63,324 nt of DNA, filler included, from Lenisia limosa (GCA_001655205.1; 8 parts of 8 records of this genome joined end to end with filler, not necessarily neighbours in it), one strand, 5' to 3'; counted from the first letter of the whole stretch, positions 1 through 14,600 are shown. A program made the numbers and translations. Notes: generated by a model not told the origin, from the sequence alone.

Positions 1-809
1 GCTCCAATACTTTATCCCCCCTCACACTCTTAACCCCCCGGGGCTTTCAATTCATAATAATATACAATAAATTCTCCAAAAAAAATTCAATTATGAGCCG
101 GAAAGAGAGGGTAGGATAGTTAAAAAAAGACGGAGAAGCGGAGAGAAAACGGGGAAGGGACCCTACATACTTCACTACATAGGCGAATAGACTGTCAGAA
201 GCGTCAATAAATTCTTTGGAGTTAACCGGGTAGAACGACTGCGGAAGATTAAAGAAATAACTGTATCCTTTTATGGACCACCGGACCATATTGGTTCAGT
301 TTATAACATAAGAGGTATTACCAAATATAAAAGCCCTTTTCCGCCATTTTGAAAAAAAGGTCTAGAGATTAACTTTCCAGGAAAATTATTAACCATACCC
401 AAATTTCAAAAACGTTTTTCGTAAGCTCAGCAAGAGAGCACTTAACCAAGACCGTGGACCTCCTAAGCCAAATACCGACTTGCTTGGTCCGACACCCGAG
501 CGTATTACTCTCCTTCGACATATTGAGCCTGCTGGTATGAGGGTTGAACATAAAAGAGAGCTATTGAAGCTGGTTATCTTCTTCTGAATAAGCTATTGGA
601 AAGTTCCCCTTCTCCTCCGTCTACCCAGTCTTTGACGGCATTTTCAGTAAAAATAACTTCTCTTGACTCCCCCTTACCTGAAAACCCATAATCCACCTCG
701 TTCCTAAGGCTGATCTATACTGGAAGCATCACTTGATATCATTTTGATTCATGCTCTGATAAACCTTTGAAACTTGCCTAATATAGTATTAATTATTAAT
801 TATAAGAAA

Positions 810-2530
810 GTCTTCTGATGACCGTGATGTCGAGTTTAATGTTGGGACAATCACCATTCAAAGACCAAGATCGGGTGAGGTTTCCTCTTCCTCTTCTGAT
901 AATGATGATACATTGGACTGTAGGGTAGATGCGATTGACCGTGCTCCACCAACCCCGACGTTCTTTGCCCCAATCAGAGATTCAGTTGCCACACGGTTCC
1001 GCAACAGGAAGAAGCTTGAAAAGACTTCCAGCTGAATTCACACAACAGCCCAAGAAGATTGGAGAAATTCCTTTCAGCGATTCTAACCATGTCGGACCCT
1101 CCTGCACAACAACTTCTTGAGGTTTGCTTTTTGCTATTGTTATTATTATTTGTTCCTACAATTTTTTTAATTTCTTAATTTATTAGGCCTTTCACATCAT
1201 GATGCCCACGACGCTTCTCAGTAAGGTGTCAACATGGTCAAATTTGAACTTAGAATAGTAAGTTGGGTTGTTTTTTGGGGGTTTTTTGAAAAGCATTGTT
1301 ATTCCATTTTTTCGCACAATCTATTCCGTTTTCTTCAAAATCTCTTGTATCGTTAACCTCCATCAATTTCGCTGCCAGGTCCGAGATGTCTGCCGACGAT
1401 CCCATAACGAAGATCCGTCCCTTCCTCACCTCCGTCACTGCCGCCTAGCGCTCTGCCTACGATCCCCCAAGCCATCTTGCCATTGATGAACAAATGATTC
1501 TACAAAGTCCAAGTACGTCACATTCAAGGTTGGTTAAGTGTGATTTTATTTGTATTCGAGGGGGGGGGGGGGNNNNNNNNNNNNNNNNNNNNNNNNNNNN
1601 NNNNNNNNNNNNNNNNNNNATCACCAGACAAAAGAAGCCAATTTCATCGGGCATCCGGGTTTCCGCCATAGCTGGAGAAGGTGGTTACGTCTTTGACACC
1701 TCTTTTCACCTCCGACGGCATCAAGATCAGCGAGCACGTCCTTAAGCTCGTCAAGACCCTCACCGCTGAAGATCACATTATTGTTCTTGACAACCTGTTT
1801 ACTTCAACAACGCTCTCCAAGACCCTCAAGGCTCAAGGCATCAACCGCAAATGGAGAGGCGCCCCCGGTTCAAATTTCATTGTTTTAGACCGTTTCCTGT
1901 CCCGCTGTTGTGCATTGGTACAACCTCATCATGNNNNNNNNNNTTACATTGATCTCACCGATGCTCTCCGCTCTTTGTAAGGGGGGAGTTGTGTGTTTAA
2001 ATACAAATGAAAATTTTACTTTTTACTCTTCAATTGACAATATGATTGATTATTTAGCACCACCTCAAACCGCCAATTTTTTGGCAGATGTGCATTGTTC
2101 ACTACCTCATCGATCAGTCCATGATCAATGCACGAAATAGTATGACTTTGACTCAAGCAAAGCCCCGATAAACTATTGATAATTTTCGGTATTTTATCGG
2201 TCTTTTTAGGGTCAAATGAACACAAGTACATAAAATTTATGACTTCTAAAATTTTGACGATACTGTGAATTTGTCTTTTGATTTAATTACTTGATCGTAT
2301 TTATTCACTTGTCTTGTCATGTCAACAGCTCATCTCACCCCTCTCAGACAGCAGCACTCCATCAACCCCTTCAATTCGTGCTCTTGCTGAATGTTGCTAG
2401 GCACTTCCACAAGCCTCTCCCCACCGGCAACGCACGTCACCGCTGTGGCCACTGCAGTTCCAGAAAATCCGCACGAATCTTTTCTGTGTGATGTTTTCCT
2501 TTGCCCTTCTTGCTCTTAAAATATTCATTC
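810..2530 (+). pseudogene. Degenerate piggyBac-family DDD transposase, apparently intron-containing
   Basis: piggyBac motifs appear in order: S*IHTTAQE/LEKFLSAILTM (~1020-1100), DDPITKIRPFL..*RSAYDPPSHLAIDEQMI (~1390-1500), KKPISSGIRVSAIAGEGGYV (~1630-1690), HIIVLDNLFTSTTL..LKAQGI (~1775-1845), IDLTDALRS (~1947-1975), and a C-terminal RHRCGHC...CDVFLCPSC Cys-rich domain (~2430-2520). In-frame stops and frameshifts are present. Confidence 0.8.
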
Positions 2531-2949
2531 TTTAATGTTCAAGGCTTGATGTGGTTTATGCTTATGGTAGTATTTGATGTGATTAAGTAGTGAGGTTAGA
2601 AATGTATGTTTTTTTGAATGAAATTCTACGTGTTGTTTTTTATTTTGATAAATAATATGAGTTTTTATCGCTTAATACCAGAAGCACTTGGGTAAACTTA
2701 ATTGGAGATAAAAAGACAAAAAAAGAATGAGAAAATATATATAATATGTCATGTCACTGATCAAGTGATCTAAAACACAATTATTTGAAAATACCAAGTA
2801 AATGGTAAACTAGATCATATGAACTAGTATATAACTTTTTCTTTCGAATGATATGGACCGGACCAACATGGTCCACCCTCTTAGTCCTCATAAGGATACA
2901 AATAAAGAGAAACAGATAATGAATAAACAGAAACAAAATATTCCCCAAA

Positions 2950-5900
2950 CCATTGCGACCCCAAGGGCCTCTCTCGCACTTCGGGTCAATGCACCTACAG
3001 ATGGGTCGTAGTCATGACCCTAGAAAATTACTTAAGTGTGCTACCAAATGAATGTACTTTATTCATTGTAAATTAATTGGTGTGTGATACCCCAACGTAA
3101 AACAGTGAAGTAAACTACACGTTAGACTAAAGCCAACCTTCGGAGTAGACGCACTGCCATGACATGATACTCGGAGGAGTACTTGTAGAATCCTATGGTA
3201 TTCGAGTTGATTGGCTGAGTAGTAGTTTTGATAGGTTTCAAAACTAAAAATTGAGAAAATGGGAAACGTAGCAGTAGCTTTGAAGACACTTTATAATTGC
3301 CTTACAGTTGTTTCATTGCTGTGGTAAACATTGACAAAACAATGGACAGATTGTCTAGGAATGTAAGATTTATCAATACCGAAAACGGAGACCCACAGGA
3401 TAATGGCAATTCAACAAAATAGCCTGCTTCATCGAAAGAACCGAAAGAAAAGGACACGTCATCCAGTTGGTCATGTATTTCAGATTCTGACAGGCGGGCA
3501 ACAGGTTTGCGGCCCCTTGAGCGAATTGTCTAGAATGCAATAAATCATGTTATCTGCAGAGGACTTAGCTAGTTTTATCACCAGACATATCATAATATTC
3601 AGCAAGAAGGATTGCGGGGTGATAAGGGGACAGCTTTCAAGATCTGGTTGCTCACGAGATTTTTTTGCTGATTTAGTCTTTGTCGAGTTACTGCAGCAGT
3701 TTCTCTTGTGCTGAGACGGAATGATGTGTCCTCTAAAAAGATGGTCAAATAGGTATTTGAAGCTCAACCAACTTGTCGGCACTATGAAAGGTTCAATCGT
3801 CTTCCCTGTCGCGTGATTGACCCACATGCTGCGCTGCGTAGCCTTTCGGAAGTGATCTACACAGATAATTAACCCAATTAAATAAAACAACTTCAGATAT
3901 ACTTGGTCGAAAGAGCACTTTCCTCACTTTTGAAGAGTTTCTCTTTTTCAGCTTGTAATTCAACACTACTTTCATCAGAGTGTGACTGAGCATCAGCTAA
4001 ACCAGGGACCACCCAGGGATGAATAGCGCCAGTGTGAGGGTCAATTCCCGCCTAAAGTAATAAAAACACACCCATAAAGAACTGTACCGCAAAGTGTTCC
4101 AATACCCTCAAACTGTGGCAGTATTCCAGCTTTTTGTAAGTTTCTTGACTGATGGTAATTTGGAGACACAGCACGGCCCTCCGCAGCCAGTCATGTTAAC
4201 CTAAATCCGTGTCATTGAGAATATTGATTTCAAAGATGTATTTGCTGTAACTATAACAGAAGTAAACAACAAAGCTAGGATCGTTCTACGTTATCCAACC
4301 CTGCAAACCAGTTCTTGAAGAGGGTGCAGCAACTCATCATTAACCACAACGAATGTTTCTCTTTCGAAAAATGCCCCTTCCAGCATTGATTGGTCTTTCG
4401 GCTCAGGCGGTGGTGTATTGTCAGTGGCGTATGGTGATTCCACTGGAGATCGCACGCGAGGGACTACAGGGCTCTCTAAATCATGAGTCACAACGTTATT
4501 GTCTGTTATGAAGCTTTTCCCACGAGTAGAAATTCAGTTCGGTTGGAAAAGGGGCATTTCAGCCTTTGGAAACAAAATTAGCTTCAACCCACCGCAAACG
4601 ACAGAAGGTTGATTCCCAAGTAGGTTAGTGCTTGGTCTACTTTTCTCTTCAGGTGACGGGTCAACAACAGCCAAATCTGGTAAATGTACAACCTTTGCGT
4701 GGCTACTAATATGCCCTCTTTTGGCAAACTGGTCCTCCTTTATCATTAGAGAGTGATATAATAATAAACATCATATTATTTAACACACCTCAGAGTAACC
4801 ATGAGAATTCAGGATTTTCTCCAAATCTTCAGTCAAAGGCTAAAAGGGTGAAAGGTGAAATAATACTTATGAGTGTAATACTGTTGTGACATCAGCAATC
4901 CTCCAATGTAAGAATGTCAGGTTGGTCTTGAAATTCCTTCAAACAAAAATGTATGCACAATTCGTGAGGAGTTTCATCTTCCCTCAAATATTTTTTCGTT
5001 ATTTTTTTGGTATTTTAACCATACTGTTATCCTTCTGTTTTACCATACCATAAAAAGAAGGGAAGGGTCAACTTTAGATTGACTGAGACTATCAAAAAAA
5101 GGGGTTCCATCGACCCGAAATTGAGGACTTTCTTCATAAGGCAGGTTGCACATCTAAAAAGTCACAAAAATCCACTAGTGTCACTCCACATACGGAAAGG
5201 TATATTTGAAAAATGTATTTGAATTCAACCTACATAAACATATCTAATATGTAATTAAAATCAATTATTGAATAGTTCCTAATAAAATATGATATTTACA
5301 ATTTTTCTGTATCCTTTAGAGGCTTACATCTTTAGCACCATATGCTTGAAGAAATGCCGCTCTGATATTGCTAAGGTTCTTTTGACACGACACTGAAGAC
5401 GCTGGTGTGTTATTTTTTAAGGGGGAAAATGTGAAGTGGAAGCTTCAAAGCAAACCAAGGTAGAATGATGATCTCAGCGATTCCTTGTTTCTTTTGAATG
5501 GGAGGGAAAGGCTGCTGATATGTGCACCTAGACATGTCATAACGAAATAGCTTATTCTGTTACTTTTTTTCTTACGTAGTAAAACATCGAGACACTTGTA
5601 ATGAGGAAGACGCGTGGCTAATTTCTGGGTATTTCTACTTGTGGAGGAAATAAGGCTCCTGAGCTCATCTCTGGACTGAAGCGGGATAAAATCAAAAAAA
5701 AACAACATTCAGTACCCACATTATGAGAAGTGACCTGATTAAATTGTGTACAAAACTTACCAGTAAGGAAACAGGCCTCTTAGTGGTATCAAAACACTTT
5801 AACGGAGTGCCCATTGCCATTTGTACTTCAGACTAAAGAATAAGCTAAATGTAGAAGGGATGAGAAGAGGAATTACATTCAAAGAAACCACATACATTTT

Positions 5901-7150
5901 CACTAAGCTTGTAAGATTTGAAGATTGCATGTTGTTCCATAAGGGGGACTTCCGAAAGTTGAGAAATTTCCTGCTGCGGGTGAGTACAGCAAGCATAACT
6001 AAAAGATCGAATAGCTCATGCCTCCAGTGTCATTACTTTATGATAATATGTGCATAATCGTTGATTCACTCAAGCACTCTCTCTCACCGGTCGTAGATCT
6101 TCACTTTCATTCTCATCGTCACTGTGAATAAGCTTGGCAGCCGAAAAACTAGTCTTCAAATTGGCAGTCGCTGGTGAAATTATATGAAAAATGCAAATGG
6201 GAAACTTGAGTTAACTACGTCAACAGTGTACTAAGAAAAACGTGTTTCGATATTTTAATTTACGGGGTTGTTGGGATGTCAAGATAATAATATCCCTCAC
6301 CCCTACTTGATGAGCCTTTGGGAAGTAAATTCTGCAGAATTGCACTGTCAGAAAGATTGGGATTGTACTTAAATCGCCTCAAGACGGGGTCAATTGATCC
6401 AGCTAGGCTGGAATTTGTGAGAAATGGCATATCCAGGGTGAACATAGCGACTCCAGACCCTCATCCTAAGTCTATCCACCCGCAAACGCTCCAAATTCAG
6501 CCCGGGCATCGTCTGATTCTAGCATCCGCTTTCTTTCGGAATACACCTTATCAAAGAAAGAGCTTTGCGATGTTGTCACCGCATTATTCCAATTGTCACG
6601 TTTTGCAACGACGCTCTCAATTTCCTAAGCCTGTTAGAGATATTTCTACAAGAATATTGAAAAACTAAGCCTGCACCAAGTACCTCAACCTTATCCCGAA
6701 TTCCAATGTTCTTTGATTCCGTCTGTTCCTCAAATTCTTGACTTAAAGAGTGAAAGTCATTGTCATCTTCAAGACCCTCAGAAATCGCAACGCTTTGAAG
6801 ACTGTCACTAAAAGCGTAAATAAGAATTGAAAAATCCTCCCCAAACTTGTCGCTATCATTTTTATAGTCGTCCGAGTCACATGGATGAGAAGGAGGAACA
6901 GATGCCCTTGAGTCATCGTCGCTGTCTAGACATGATCATAAGGAGGCTTAAACGTATTAACAACTTTCAATAGNNNNNNNNNNNNNNNNNNNNNNNNNNN
7001 NNNNNNNNNNNNNNNNNNNNNNNNNNNNNNNNNNNNNNNNNNNNNNNNNNNNNNNNNNNNNNNNNNNNNNNNNNTCATCAAAAGTCTGATAGCTTTCGAT
7101 TATTGAGCATCACCAGCCCACTCTTCATAGCCAGGCGATAGAGGCGCATA
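2950..7150 (-). pseudogene. Degenerate multi-exon locus, possibly a KDZ/CxC-type transposon relic
   Basis: Minus-strand exon-like blocks with GT/AG ends. Weak motif echoes: acidic N-terminal block (~6700-6930), GALFPPQVEIP (~5620-5660), SFDEAGYF (~3420-3445), VSCHG (~3160), RNGLG (~2950). Many stops; the family call is tentative. Confidence 0.22.
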
Positions 7151-10100
7151 TGAAAAGAAACTGGAATGATTCTCTGACACCATAGGTTTTGGGGCACTAA
7201 AAGTAAAAACTAGAACAGGCTCAGACAACTAATAACCGGTCCGGAGCCCCTTTCCCATTTTGATACAATCCATACCGTCCCCCAACTTACTCCGAATTAA
7301 TTTGACTCTCAAGATTGGGAAATGGAATTCTAAAGTTATCATGTGAATAAGATAGTGTTACCTGTCGTTGGGGTGCTTAGTAGGCGACTTGAGGTGTGAA
7401 ACAGAACGCTAAAAAAATTTAGAGATAAATAAGAAGTAATTTGAAGCAGTGAAGTGAACAGAAGTGAAGAAGATAAGAAACAAACTTTTAAGGGGCTTTG
7501 GGAAACCGAACGCTGATGTGGTGTCACCTTAGGAGTAAAAATTACTTGATAAGAGGCTTAAAAGAAACATGATGCTTTCAATCTCAAACAACCAAAATAT
7601 CCAACCCCAACCCCACCATCTGAACAGGGGAGACCATTTGAGGACGGGGGGACACAATAGTGGGTGGCTCAACTGGTACGTTAAAAGTATTGGAAGCAAG
7701 CAGTTTTCATATAGACCACATTATCAAAAAAAAAAAATACCTGATGGTGGAGGGGATTGAGGGGAAGGAGTTCTATCGAGCTCGTTTGGCCTGAAAGATA
7801 ACACAATACCAATAGCTAAAGAAAATATATTACAAATAATATAATGAAACTCATACGGTTTGGGCTGAGCTTCAAGTTTCTCTGGCACGTCAGAAGGTTG
7901 CATGACTGCTTCTATATTTTTGAGTTGAAGAATTAATTCCACACCCCCTAAAAAGCTGGGGGGTATAACCTCTCGGTGTGTAAAATAATTGTCTTTTGAC
8001 TACCTGGTGCTTGAGGTGAGGAAAGGTCCAATTGTGGAGATTGAAAATCCGAGGATGCTAAACTGGGTGGTCTAAAATCGTCAAATCTTAAATAACAACT
8101 TCAAGAAAAAATCCACTTACGTGGGAGATTCCAAAAACAGATTCACCCTGGTATCGCCGTATTCTTCTGCGTTACATGCCGGAAAACCATCATCACTAGT
8201 TGGATCGACTTTGATGGATTTCTGTTTGAACGGTGATGCATCTTCTTCAGGCTTCGCTTTTCTAAATGGCCATCAAAACAAAAAAAAATAAACAAAAAAC
8301 TCTCTCCTGTTTTTCAATACTCAATATGTTGTCACAGAAAAATAATGCGTACTGGAACATTGACGCAATAGATCTCTGTTTTTGAAATGGCTGTTTTTGG
8401 TTATTTTTTGAAGCCACCATCTTGGCAGGCAGAAAACAAGATAATACAGCTGGAATCAATAATATCACATCATGGAGGATGGGAGAGGAGAGGAGAAACT
8501 TTTACTTGAAAATCAAATCTTCTTAATCAACTCAACACACAAATTTGCAAATTTGACGACAAAACTCAATGTTGTGAGAGTGGAAGCAGTGGAAGCAGTG
8601 GAAGGGGGCTTAAAAAGAGATCAAAAAAATAATGGGAAACAAGCGGGTAGTTGCCAGTTAAAGCAACGTGAACACAAAATTGCGCAAGAATTGCACCATT
8701 AGATCAGTAGTTTGTCTAGGAAGCTAGTAAGTGTGAATAAGCTTGGTCTTAGTGTCATAGTTCAAAATTCCACAGTGCCCGAGCTCTCCTTTTCTATCCA
8801 AGGACTGATACAGTGTCTTCAAGGTGTCCGTATTCCTCAAAGTTGGTACAAAGCAAATATTACGGCACATTCTTTTCAACAATTGCTACTTTGGGGATCT
8901 CTTCATATTATATATCATTTTCTCAAAGAGGCCAGTATTCCTGCTTGACATCAAACATTGGCTCATGTTTTAGGATAGTCCTCTGAAATAGAAGAATGTA
9001 CAGTCATCGCACACTCAACCGTAAGAGGACAGCTGTTTACCTCCAAAGATCACTGGAGGAATATCTTCTTTTTTTTATTTCTTTTTTTTTATCGTTTAGA
9101 TAATTGGTTCGAAGAGAGGATCTGGCAAGAACAAAATGCAAACTCTCCCCAAAAGAAAATTGTTGGTTTTGTGTGGTTGCTGTATGCGAAGTGAAAACTG
9201 TTTAGAGCAGTATATTATTTACATCAATCCTCCATTCTACTATCTTTGATCGCAGCTTCTAACAAAACACGCCAGGAAGCACCTTACAACAAAGATGAAA
9301 GCCCATTGCACTTTCACCTGGCCCGTCATGCAGGGAAAGACACCACTGGAAACATTGGTGCTCCGAACATTCATGTTAGCTCTTTTGCCAAATTGACAGG
9401 ACTGCAACTTGCGTTTCAATAACACTAATGCCATTTTAGAGAGACTATGGAACAACTGCTTCCACCACTTTTAAACAACCCTCTGATGAGGATAGGGTAG
9501 GGGCTAAGTGAGATTGGTTGCTTTTTTTTCTGTGTTCGCCATTATTCCATTCAGAAAGAAGTGGTGAAGACTTTCGGAAAGAAGCCTATTCTCCGGAAAA
9601 GCGCGACAACTGATCGTGATAAGGTGAGTGGGAGTCGACTGTTTTCATTATTTCATTTCATTTTGCGCATACCCCGCCCTCAAATTCTAATACACAGTCA
9701 ATGGACCCACGAATGGCAGTCATGCAAACCATGGTTGAAACAGAGGAGGAGACTAAAATGTAAGATAGCATACCAATAACCTCGCTGTGCTGAGATTTAA
9801 TTCACCTATAGGCGGTTAATGACCACTACGAACTCAGACTTTTTGGAGTGCAATGAAGATGCGAAAAGGGAGGTGTTCAAGCCAATTGCTACCACAACGG
9901 TGTGCAAAATTACCCTCAAAATTACCCTCACAAAATACATAAATATTTGTTTAATATGGTTTGAGATTAATACGAAGCTACTTGCAAGCTTTGTGAATGA
10001 AGTAAATACACAGGACTTCAGAGTGTACTTTCGTAAACAAGTCAGTTGAAGAATATCTGAACATTTCACTCTTCTCATTTTCCAGATTCATTTTCCTCAA

Positions 10101-11720
10101 GAAGCAGTGAAAGAAGAGGCTCGCTTGACAAAGACTTTTGGAAAGAAGTCATCTCTGGCTGCTGCCACTTATGATAAAAATGTGAGCTCTTCCAATGCTT
10201 CCTCCCAATACTTACTTTGTAGCATGGTGTGTTGCCAGTTTCTCATGGCCTCATGGGTGTACCAGGATCAACAGGTGGGGGGGGGGGGNNNNNNNNNNNN
10301 NNNNNNNNNNNNNNNNNNNNNNNNNNNNNNNNNNNNNNNNNNNNNNNNNNNNNNNNNNNNNNNNNNNNNNNNTTTTTTCCCCTCTCCTTTTTTGGATAAA
10401 GAACATAATGTGTTGTTTTAATGAACCCAGGTGGCGACACCCATCACAAGAGAGCTGGTTTCTCAGCTCAGGTACATTCGAGGGATATGGTTAATAAGTG
10501 TATTGTTTTTGCTGATGAGTAATTTTAGGTGATGTATTTATGTATTATAAGGCAGTTTTTGTGGTTAAGCTTCAATTTTGGATTGTTAAAGAAGTTAAAC
10601 TGTATTAAATAACAAGAAACAGGGGTCTATTCAAGTGCAATCCACTTGTAAATTATATGAGGGGTGCAGGCCATTCAATGACGTCCTTACCGATAATACC
10701 GAAAACAGAACCTGGAACGGTCCAAAGCGAGTGGACAGCAGACTAAAAAATGAATTCAGGCCTCGAATGACTCTTTCCTTCGATCCCCACCTTTTTGCTG
10801 GACTTTGAGGGCACACTCAATTCAACAGAATCGCTCGCGCGCAGGTCCCATGCCTGAGGGGTAAATATGGTCTGTGATAATCGAATACTAATCCACCTCA
10901 CCCCCCAATAACAATCCCACCAACCTTAACAACCCCATCCTGTGAGCCGGCAACAATCCAGCCGCCATCCCTCGTAGTCGTTACAGACGTAATCGCCTGA
11001 ATGCGTTATATAGTTATCTTTCAGGAATAGCAGAATTAAATATCACAACTTATGAGAGAAACCCACAGTAGTATTACAGTATAATGTTGACAAACGTACC
11101 GAGTTACAATGCTCCCAGGCCAAAACGGGGCCAAGAGATGATGGGGCTCTCGTGTCGAAAAGGAGAATTCGTCCGCTATTTGCGCCTGCGACAACCTTGG
11201 AAAGTTAAAAAATAAAACCGTCCGAAACTCGCTAATCATCAAGTTAACCAATAGCAAGCAAATCGATATTATACATGTGTTTTTGGAATCCAATACACTT
11301 GCTACTAATTGAAAGCACTGTTATGATATTTGAGCATACAAGGCCATGTCTTGGGGGTGCAACAATGCTCAAAAGTCCACCATCAGCCTTGGCAGAACCA
11401 GTATACAAAGTCGTCTAGAGAGTAACTCAAGCACTACTATCACAAATGAAGACACAATAAATATTGTGAAATCTCAATCCTTCTAGTACACTGCTGAATC
11501 CTTTTCCATAATGTCTTTTTAAGACTGACCAATTTTTACATTTTTTTTAACATAGTCAATTGTTGATATCGATATTTCTTTACTTTATAAACTCAACTAT
11601 ACCCAAACAATTCCACTCAAACATTTGTACTTGGAGCTTGAAGATCAAAGATGAATAGGCAGTCGCCTTGTGGGTCACATGACTTACTTGCAACAGCGAT
11701 CTGAGAACCATTAAATTATT

Positions 11721-12099
11721 TTGAGAAACCGTGTAACTTATGATTTTTTGGGAACTTCACCATTTTTACTTTGGAAATAANNNNNNNNNNCCTTTGGGCC
11801 TTTGTTTTACAAGGTGTGGGGTACAGGGGAGAGTATTATTACTATTTGTATGCTGGGGAGGCACACAGATAGTTGTTTGCACAAAGTTATAAGGCAAATA
11901 CAATTCAATATCTCTTCTAAGCGTGATGGTGTGGAAGGATTTGGCGAGACACAACCTTATTTTTTTTTTATGTAAAGCTTGTAGCTATACATATCAATAT
12001 ATATATCATATATGCTGCTGCGCAGAAACCGTGTAACTGTTGAGAAACCGTGTAACTTATGATTTTTTGGGAACTTCACCATTTTTACTTTGGAAATAA
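11721..12099. repeat. 60-bp direct repeat (11721-11780 and 12040-12099)
   Basis: TTGAGAAACCGTGTAACTTATGATTTTTTGGGAACTTCACCATTTTTACTTTGGAAATAA occurs twice. The first copy abuts an N gap, so it may be an assembly duplication. Confidence 0.85.
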
Positions 12100-12909
12100 C
12101 GATTTTCCTCTAAAAACTGCCATGATACAACACAGGACTACTTCACTGACAACTCTTTGAGGTAAACTCGTCACAGCTGAAAGAAAAATATTATATTTCA
12201 ACAAAGTTACGGAGACTTTTTCTTTTTCTTTCTTATTTTCTCAGTTCTTTCAGTGGTAGGGATAAGCACTCCTCCTCTAGTCACTTTCGTATTACTTGCA
12301 CGATCAGGCTTTAGCTCTTCAAGCGACGCAATAACCTAATAAATTAGCATTAAATCAGATACCTCTGTTCTTTATTCTTCAAACTAATCATGTAGGTAAG
12401 CTAGGGAGACTTGCAAATAAAAACGAAAGGCCATATCCACATAAGGTTATTCGCATAATAAAATTGTTAACAGAGCGTGATTACGAAGACATGTGATTAA
12501 TAAACCATTCAAACCTGGCCAGGTAAAAATGATCACCACTCGCTCTCCTTTTTCCAAAACGAAGAAACGAACTTGTTTCATCACCGTATCTGTAGCTGGC
12601 CCCACATTGAGAGAAAACTTTACTGCGGATTCAATCACCTCCCGGTGATTGTCATCATCAACAATTACTCTTGAAATGAGAGGGAGCTGCTGAAAAATAT
12701 TCTCATTTCTCAAAGTGACAGTTGCAAGAGAAGAGGCTACACCTTGCAAGAAACTTTTTGTAAAATCATCCAGAAGCTTTGAGCCGGTGTTTTTACCATT
12801 CTAAAGGAGTTAGTCTTACCAATATGGTCACAATGACAACAAATATGCCATGTTTTGCTGAGTTGAATTGGAAAATAACTCTTTTGGATTCATTTAAAGG
12901 CACCCAATT

Positions 12910-13009
12910 NNNNNNNNNNNNNNNNNNNNNNNNNNNNNNNNNNNNNNNNNNNNTTAATTAATTAANNNNNNNNNNNNNNNNNNNNNNNNNNNNNNNNNNN
13001 NNNNNNNNN
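12910..13009. other. Artificial scaffold-joining spacer (44N-TTAATTAATTAA-44N). The 12-mer is at 12954-12965 and recurs at 16360-16371, 19489-19500, 20874-20885, 25305-25316, 49532-49543 and 61827-61838
   Basis: The identical 12-mer, which has stops in all six frames, is centred in 100-nt N blocks seven times. Confidence 0.97.
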
Positions 13010-14600
13010 GCATGTTGTGTTGTGTTATTAATTATGTAGAACGTAAATGGGAATAATAAGTTATTTATTATGTACAACGTGGGTGGTAATATTGTGTTAT
13101 ATGCCAAATGCACCATAAACTATTCACCTGTTTTCACCAATATAAGGTCACACACTTGGATCTTGAAAACTACAGAATCGAGGCTGAATTGTAAGCTGGG
13201 GGGGGGGGGGNNNNNNNNNNNNNNNNNNNNNNNNNNNNNNNNNNNNNNNNNNNNNNNNNNNNNNNNNNNNNNNNNNNNNNNNNNNNNNNNNNNNNNNNNN
13301 NNNNNNNNNNNNNNNNNNNNNNNNNNNNNNNNNNNNNNNNNNNNNNNNNNNNNNNNNNNNNNNNNNNNNNNNNNNNNNNNNNNNNNNNNNNNNNNNNNNN
13401 NNNNNAAATATTCCAATTTAACTCCTCCCAGGGAAGGCGAAACATTTGCACTAGGCAAGCACCCTCAGGGAACCGAGATCAAAGCCATTACCTACTCCAA
13501 CATGCAGGTTTGTGAAGTTTATCAGTTCTATTATTATAGTAATATATCGGATATGATATACTTTTTTTATCATTTTGTCCATAAAAATACCATCCCACCA
13601 CTTTTCATACTCTTCATGTTGGAGTTGTACTTACTAGTCTGATATACGACCTCAGAAAAATGGGGATTGTTTCAGGAAAACGTCAGTAGCTTCCAAAATT
13701 GATCTGTTATTTTTTTTTTCTTTTTTTTTTGAAAAACACTAATTTTGTCATTTTTTTGTGAATTAATGCTCAAATACCACCCCATGTTTAGATGAGCCAG
13801 ATATAGAGATAGATTTAGAAATTGGTCAAGACTGGTCATAGTCAGATATTGCCATAGTGATACCTTAGCATATACTTTGATAATGCAGATGCAGAGTTCG
13901 ATATCTCACCGATTTCAGATTTTCTCAGAAGAGCACGAGGATGTAATTCCTCTACGCTGCGGGGAGAGGAACCCTGAAGGTCGAGCCCCCGCTGAGATCT
14001 TTGTGATTGTTGATATCTAAACCGGATTAGGCTCTTTTTGGCCGCTTATTGCACAAATGTTTGAGTTTTGAGATGATGTTGAGCAAGAACATATATATGG
14101 TTTCCTTCTGATTTAGATTATTATTTATTGTTATCTGTGTTTCTTCGAGGTAGGTCTTTGAGGGGTACTTCCTAAACGGAATGCAAACGGAACGGACCTG
14201 CTTAATAATATTGAGTGGGGACATACACAACAAGCACGTCCTAAGTGGAGATTTATCGGTAATGGAATTTATAGTGTTGTGATGCACCTATACCTTGAAC
14301 TGAATGAAACTTCAATACTGAATGTCTGAACAATTATCTGAATGTCTGAGTAATCAATAATTCATTCATATTACATCTGCATATCTGCATCACATTGACC
14401 TTACAACATTACAACTGAATTAACAGTGTAATAACCATCAACATAATAACAAAGGGAGAAAAAAAAAAGAGGAAAAGCCAAATATGTCACACTGATCCCC
14501 ATGTATATCTACTATAAATATTTTTATGATTTTAATTTTTGCGTTTTTGCTTGTTTTGTTTTGATATTTGTATTGTATATTTATAGAGCAGTAAGCTAAA

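Noticed and set aside
8630-9500. Long stop-riddled minus-strand reading and a hAT-like WWKQLFHSLSKMA motif
   Set aside because: Stop density is about what random AT-rich DNA gives, and the diagnostic SxxxERxFS motif is absent.
13070-13642. ORF-track entries containing long X runs (also at ~10107, 22689, 47342, 55841, 62760)
   Set aside because: Their length comes from N gaps, so they are not evidence of coding sequence.
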